A DNA stretch of 29,162 bases from a virus. Lineage: Duplodnaviria > Heunggongvirae > Uroviricota > Caudoviricetes. The DNA lies in the IMG/VR virus record IMGVR_UViG_2563366805_000006, positions 1-29,162 of that record. One strand, written 5' to 3'. The translations under genes were made by a program, and so were the position numbers. Every line of letters begins with the position of its first letter. The stretch's first letter is position 1. Below are positions 26,051 through 29,162 of the stretch, piece after piece. The notes under the pieces were generated by a model. It searched no databases. It saw only the letters and a program-made list of their open reading frames with translations, and had not been told where the DNA came from.

Positions 26051-27216
26051 TTACGGGCATGACCATTGACGCCGGTGCTAGCCTTGCACCGGCATTTATG
26101 CTGACGATGAACAGCCAGGACATTACCAGCAATTTTAGTGACCGGCTGATTTCTCTCACCATGACCGACAACCGGGGTTTTGAGGCTGACCAGCTCGACA
26201 TTGAGCTCGACGACACCGACGGCAAAGTCGAGTTACCCCTGCGCGGGGCGGTGCTGACGCTGTGGCTTGGCTGGCAGGGTTCGGCGCTTCTGAATAAGGG
26301 CGATTTTACGGTCGATGAGATTGAGCACCGGGGCGCGCCTGATACCCTGACCATCCGGGCGCGTAGTGCAGACTTTCGCGGAACGCTCAATTCACGGCGT
26401 GAAGAATCATGGCACGACACCACCATCGGTGAGCTGGTCAGTACCATTGCAAAGCGCAATAAACTGACGGTCAGCGTCGCGGATTCACTAAAAAAAATCC
26501 CGGTACCGCATATCGACCAGTCGCAGGAGTCCGACGCCGTATTTCTGACCCGACTGGCTGACCGCAACGGGGCAACGGTGTCAGTGAAGGCGGGGAAACT
26601 GTTGTTTCTGAAAGCCGGTAGTGCGATGACGGCCAGTGGCAAACCCGTCCCGCAAATGACGCTGACCCGCAGCGATGGCGACCGTCATCAGTTTGCCATT
26701 GCTGACCGTGGGGCTTACACCGGCGTAACGGCAAAATGGCTGCACACCAAAGACCCGAAGCCGCAAAAGCAGAAAGTAACGCTGAAACGCAAGCCAAAAG
26801 AGAAGCACCTCCGCGCACTGGAGCACCCTAAAGCAAAGCCTGTCAGCAAAAAGGCAAAGGCCAAAAAAGAGCCGGAAGCGCGCGAGGGTGAGTATATGGC
26901 CGGTGAGGCCGATAACGTGCTGGCGCTGACGACGGTCTACGCTTCTAAGGCGCAGGCAATGCGCGCCGCTCAGGCTAAGTGGGATAAGCTGCAGCGAGGC
27001 GTTGCGGAGTTTTCAATTACGCTGGCGCTTGGTAGGGCTGATTTATTCCCTGAGACCCCGGTGCGCGTATCGGGATTTAAGCGCGTCATAGACGAGCAGG
27101 CATGGTTAATCAGTAAGGTGACTCATAGCCTGAATAATAGTGGCTTCACGACAGGCTTAGAGCTTGAGGTTAAGCTCTCTGACGTAGAGTATAAAGCGGA
27201 AGATGATGATGGGTGA
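26047..27216 (+). CDS. D: Tail protein D
   Basis: 389 aa (P2 gpD 387). ATGA overlap with U. Last tail gene before ogr. Confidence 0.9.
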   Translation: MITGMTIDAGASLAPAFMLTMNSQDITSNFSDRLISLTMTDNRGFEADQLDIELDDTDGKVELPLRGAVLTLWLGWQGSALLNKGDFTVDEIEHRGAPDTLTIRARSADFRGTLNSRREESWHDTTIGELVSTIAKRNKLTVSVADSLKKIPVPHIDQSQESDAVFLTRLADRNGATVSVKAGKLLFLKAGSAMTASGKPVPQMTLTRSDGDRHQFAIADRGAYTGVTAKWLHTKDPKPQKQKVTLKRKPKEKHLRALEHPKAKPVSKKAKAKKEPEAREGEYMAGEADNVLALTTVYASKAQAMRAAQAKWDKLQRGVAEFSITLALGRADLFPETPVRVSGFKRVIDEQAWLISKVTHSLNNSGFTTGLELEVKLSDVEYKAEDDDG

Positions 27217-27293
27217 TTTTAATTTATCTATTTGTTATATAAAGATTTATTGAGTAAAATTAACGCATCAGCCAAACCGTTGAGGTGCTTAAT

Positions 27294-27512
27294 ATGTTTC
27301 ATTGCCCGTTATGCCAGCATGCCGCCCACGCACGCACAAGCCGTTACATGACAGATACGACAAAGGAGCGTTATCACCAGTGTCAGAACGTGAATTGTAG
27401 TGCCACGTTTATGACATTTGAGTCGGTGCAGCGTTACATTGTTAAGCCGGGTGAGGTTAATGCCGTCAGGCCGCATCCGTTACCATCAGGTCAACAAACT
27501 ATGTGGATGTAA
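27294..27512 (+). CDS. ogr: Late-gene transcription activator Ogr (zinc finger)
   Basis: 72 aa, MFHCPLCQHAAHARTSRY ... CQNVNCSATF, near-identical to P2 Ogr from memory. GAGGTG RBS. The track start at 27285 is a GTG without support. Confidence 0.95.
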   Translation: MFHCPLCQHAAHARTSRYMTDTTKERYHQCQNVNCSATFMTFESVQRYIVKPGEVNAVRPHPLPSGQQTMWM

Positions 27513-27525
27513 CCACCAACAAAAA

Positions 27526-27550
27526 GCCCCGCGATTGCGGGGTTTTCGCT
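27526..27550. terminator. Hairpin terminator shared by convergent ogr and the right-flank gene
   Basis: GCCCCGC-GATT-GCGGGG followed by TTTTCGCTTT, with an A-tract on the other side. Confidence 0.6.
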
Positions 27551-27563
27551 TTAAAGGGGGTGG

Positions 27564-27971
27564 CTATTTTCCTGTGTAGGTATGGGTTTTCGATAGCAGC
27601 ATGGTATGTGCAGCTTTGTCTGCCAGTGGCGCAATTTCATTACATGTTGCTAATGGGTCTTCAAATGTATAACCAAAAGATTTGTATTCGTTAATCACAC
27701 TGATTTCTTTTGTATTTTTAAGGTAAGACGCCGGTGCATCATGCGTCCATATCGGTGTGCATACACCTGACATAATTAATTGGCTATAGGCTTCTGACGT
27801 GATTTCTTTGCCGGGAAGCACCACCGTTAGTGAGTTTTCTCGGGTTGTGATTTCCATTGGTTGCCAAGGTTTTAACTGCTTTTGGAGTGTTTTTGTGTCG
27901 TTGGCATTGGCGTATGTGCTGACTGAGAGCAGGATAGTCGCTACTGCAATTGTCGGTTTGAGGTTGAGCAT
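27564..27971 (-). CDS. Small secreted protein of unknown function (signal peptide), low GC
   Basis: About 135 aa from MLNLKPTIAVATILLSVSTYANA (Sec signal peptide, AXA cleavage site). The track ORF extends to 28067. Region is markedly AT-richer than the prophage. Its 3' end spans the candidate att core. Confidence 0.5.
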   Translation of the reverse strand: MLNLKPTIAVATILLSVSTYANANDTKTLQKQLKPWQPMEITTRENSLTVVLPGKEITSEAYSQLIMSGVCTPIWTHDAPASYLKNTKEISVINEYKSFGYTFEDPLATCNEIAPLADKAAHTMLLSKTHTYTGK

Positions 27972-28151
27972 AGAGAACATCCTTATTAAACATTGGGTTA
28001 AAAACTGTTTATAACCTCTGCAGAATGAAAAAACAAAGCCCCTGACGGGCAGGGGCATTTTAGTCAATGTGGACGCTATGTGGACAGCGTATGATATAAA
28101 TCCATTTATATCATTATGTTAGGCGGTGTTTTCTGACACCATCCCTGTCTT

Positions 28152-28178
28152 CCCCCACATGATGTGGGGGTTTTTTTT
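28152..28178 (+). terminator. Strong rho-independent terminator upstream of fieF
   Basis: CCCCCAC-ATGA-TGTGGGGG followed by TTTTTTTTAT. Confidence 0.6.
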
Positions 28179-28259
28179 ATCCTCAATTTGCCTGCTGCTT
28201 AATGCATTGCAGATGATTTGCTTCCGTTATACTAGCGTCAGTTGATAGCGGGAGTATTT

Positions 28260-29162
28260 ATGAATCAATCTTATGGACGGCTGGTCAGTCGGGCGGCGAT
28301 TGCTGCGACGGCGATGGCTTCGTTGCTATTGCTGATTAAAATTTTTGCATGGTGGTATACCGGGTCGGTGAGTATTCTCGCCGCGCTGGTGGATTCGCTG
28401 GTGGATATCGGCGCGTCGTTGACGAATTTACTGGTGGTGCGATATTCCCTGCAACCTGCCGACGATAATCACTCGTTTGGTCACGGTAAAGCAGAGTCCC
28501 TCGCGGCGCTGGCGCAAAGTATGTTTATCTCCGGTTCGGCACTATTCCTGTTTTTGACGGGTATTCAACATCTGATATCTCCAACACCGATGACAGATCC
28601 AGGCGTCGGGGTTATCGTGACAATTGTGGCGCTAATTTGTACGATTATCCTTGTCTCGTTTCAGCGTTGGGTGGTGCGCCGGACGCAAAGCCAGGCGGTG
28701 CGGGCTGATATGCTACATTACCAGTCTGATGTTATGATGAACGGCGCAATTCTGCTGGCGCTGGGGTTGTCCTGGTACGGCTGGCATCGCGCCGATGCTC
28801 TGTTTGCATTGGGAATCGGCATCTATATTTTATATAGCGCGTTACGCATGGGATATGAGGCGGTACAGTCATTACTGGATCGCGCATTGCCTGATGAGGA
28901 ACGGCAAGAAATTATTGATATCGTGACTTCCTGGCCGGGTGTTAGCGGCGCTCACGATCTTCGCACGCGGCAGTCAGGGCCGACCCGCTTTATTCAGATT
29001 CATTTGGAAATGGAAGACTCTCTGCCTTTGGTTCAGGCACATATGGTGGCGGATCAGGTAGAGCAGGCTATTTTACGGCGTTTTCCGGGATCGGATGTAA
29101 TTATCCATCAGGACCCCTGTTCCGTCGTACCCAGGGAGGGTAAACGGTCTATGCTTTCATAA
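28260..29162 (+). CDS. fieF: Cation-diffusion-facilitator Fe/Zn efflux transporter FieF (YiiP)
   Basis: 300 aa from [35 protein letters not shown], recalled as matching Escherichia-type FieF along its length. Host chromosomal gene. Confidence 0.9.

Larger units (their letters stand above)
206..27598. mobile_element. P2-like (Peduovirus-type) prophage, complete; boundaries approximate
   Basis: Contiguous P2-syntenic gene set from int to ogr with a 186-type cos between A and Q. Left end taken at candidate core TCGATAGCA (206-214) just outside the int stop, right end at its 9-bp repeat (27590-27598) downstream of ogr. The core assignment is tentative. Confidence 0.85.

Noticed and set aside
24617-26642. 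Long minus-strand ORFs (182 and 243 aa) opposite T and D
   Set aside because: Antisense to conserved tail genes; no start context or homology.
27575-27670. Plus-strand frame continuing ORF1 across the candidate att core (…VDSSMVCAALSASGAISLHVANGSSNV)
   Set aside because: It is antisense to the minus-strand secreted-protein gene, which has a signal peptide and better coding character. Treated as chance, though this leaves the status of ORF1 unresolved.
1-29162. tRNA genes at prophage junctions, CRISPR repeats, IS elements/transposases, tin/old or Z/fun homologs
   Set aside because: No tRNA-like sequence was seen next to either junction, and no regularly spaced repeats, transposase-like ORFs or terminal inverted repeats were seen. 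The canonical P2 cargo genes are absent.

Overview
The window is dominated by one complete P2-like (Peduovirus-type) temperate prophage of about 27.3 kb in an enterobacterial chromosome. Gene order is fully P2-syntenic: int, C, cox, orf78-like, B, orf80-83-like, A | cos | Q, X-ORF, P (leftward) then O, N, M, L, X, lysis cassette, R, S, V, W, J, I, H, G, FI, FII, E/E', T, U, D, ogr. The right flank carries a low-GC secreted-protein gene and the host CDF transporter gene fieF; the left flank is the 3' end of an unidentified ORF. Most of the prophage is textbook, with four departures. (1) An extra 248-aa ORF sits between portal Q and large terminase P, translationally coupled to both; it is a diverged paralogue of only the ATPase core of P and is the best candidate for something undescribed. 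(2) The lysis module is a SAR-endolysin/holin type rather than P2 K/Y. (3) Both canonical P2 accessory hotspots (A-Q 'tin/old' position and G-FI 'Z/fun' position) are essentially empty. (4) cos is 186-type while immunity and late control are P2-type. No tRNA, rRNA, CRISPR array or IS element was recognised by eye. All homology statements are from reading the translations and memory of P2/186 proteins, not from database searches.
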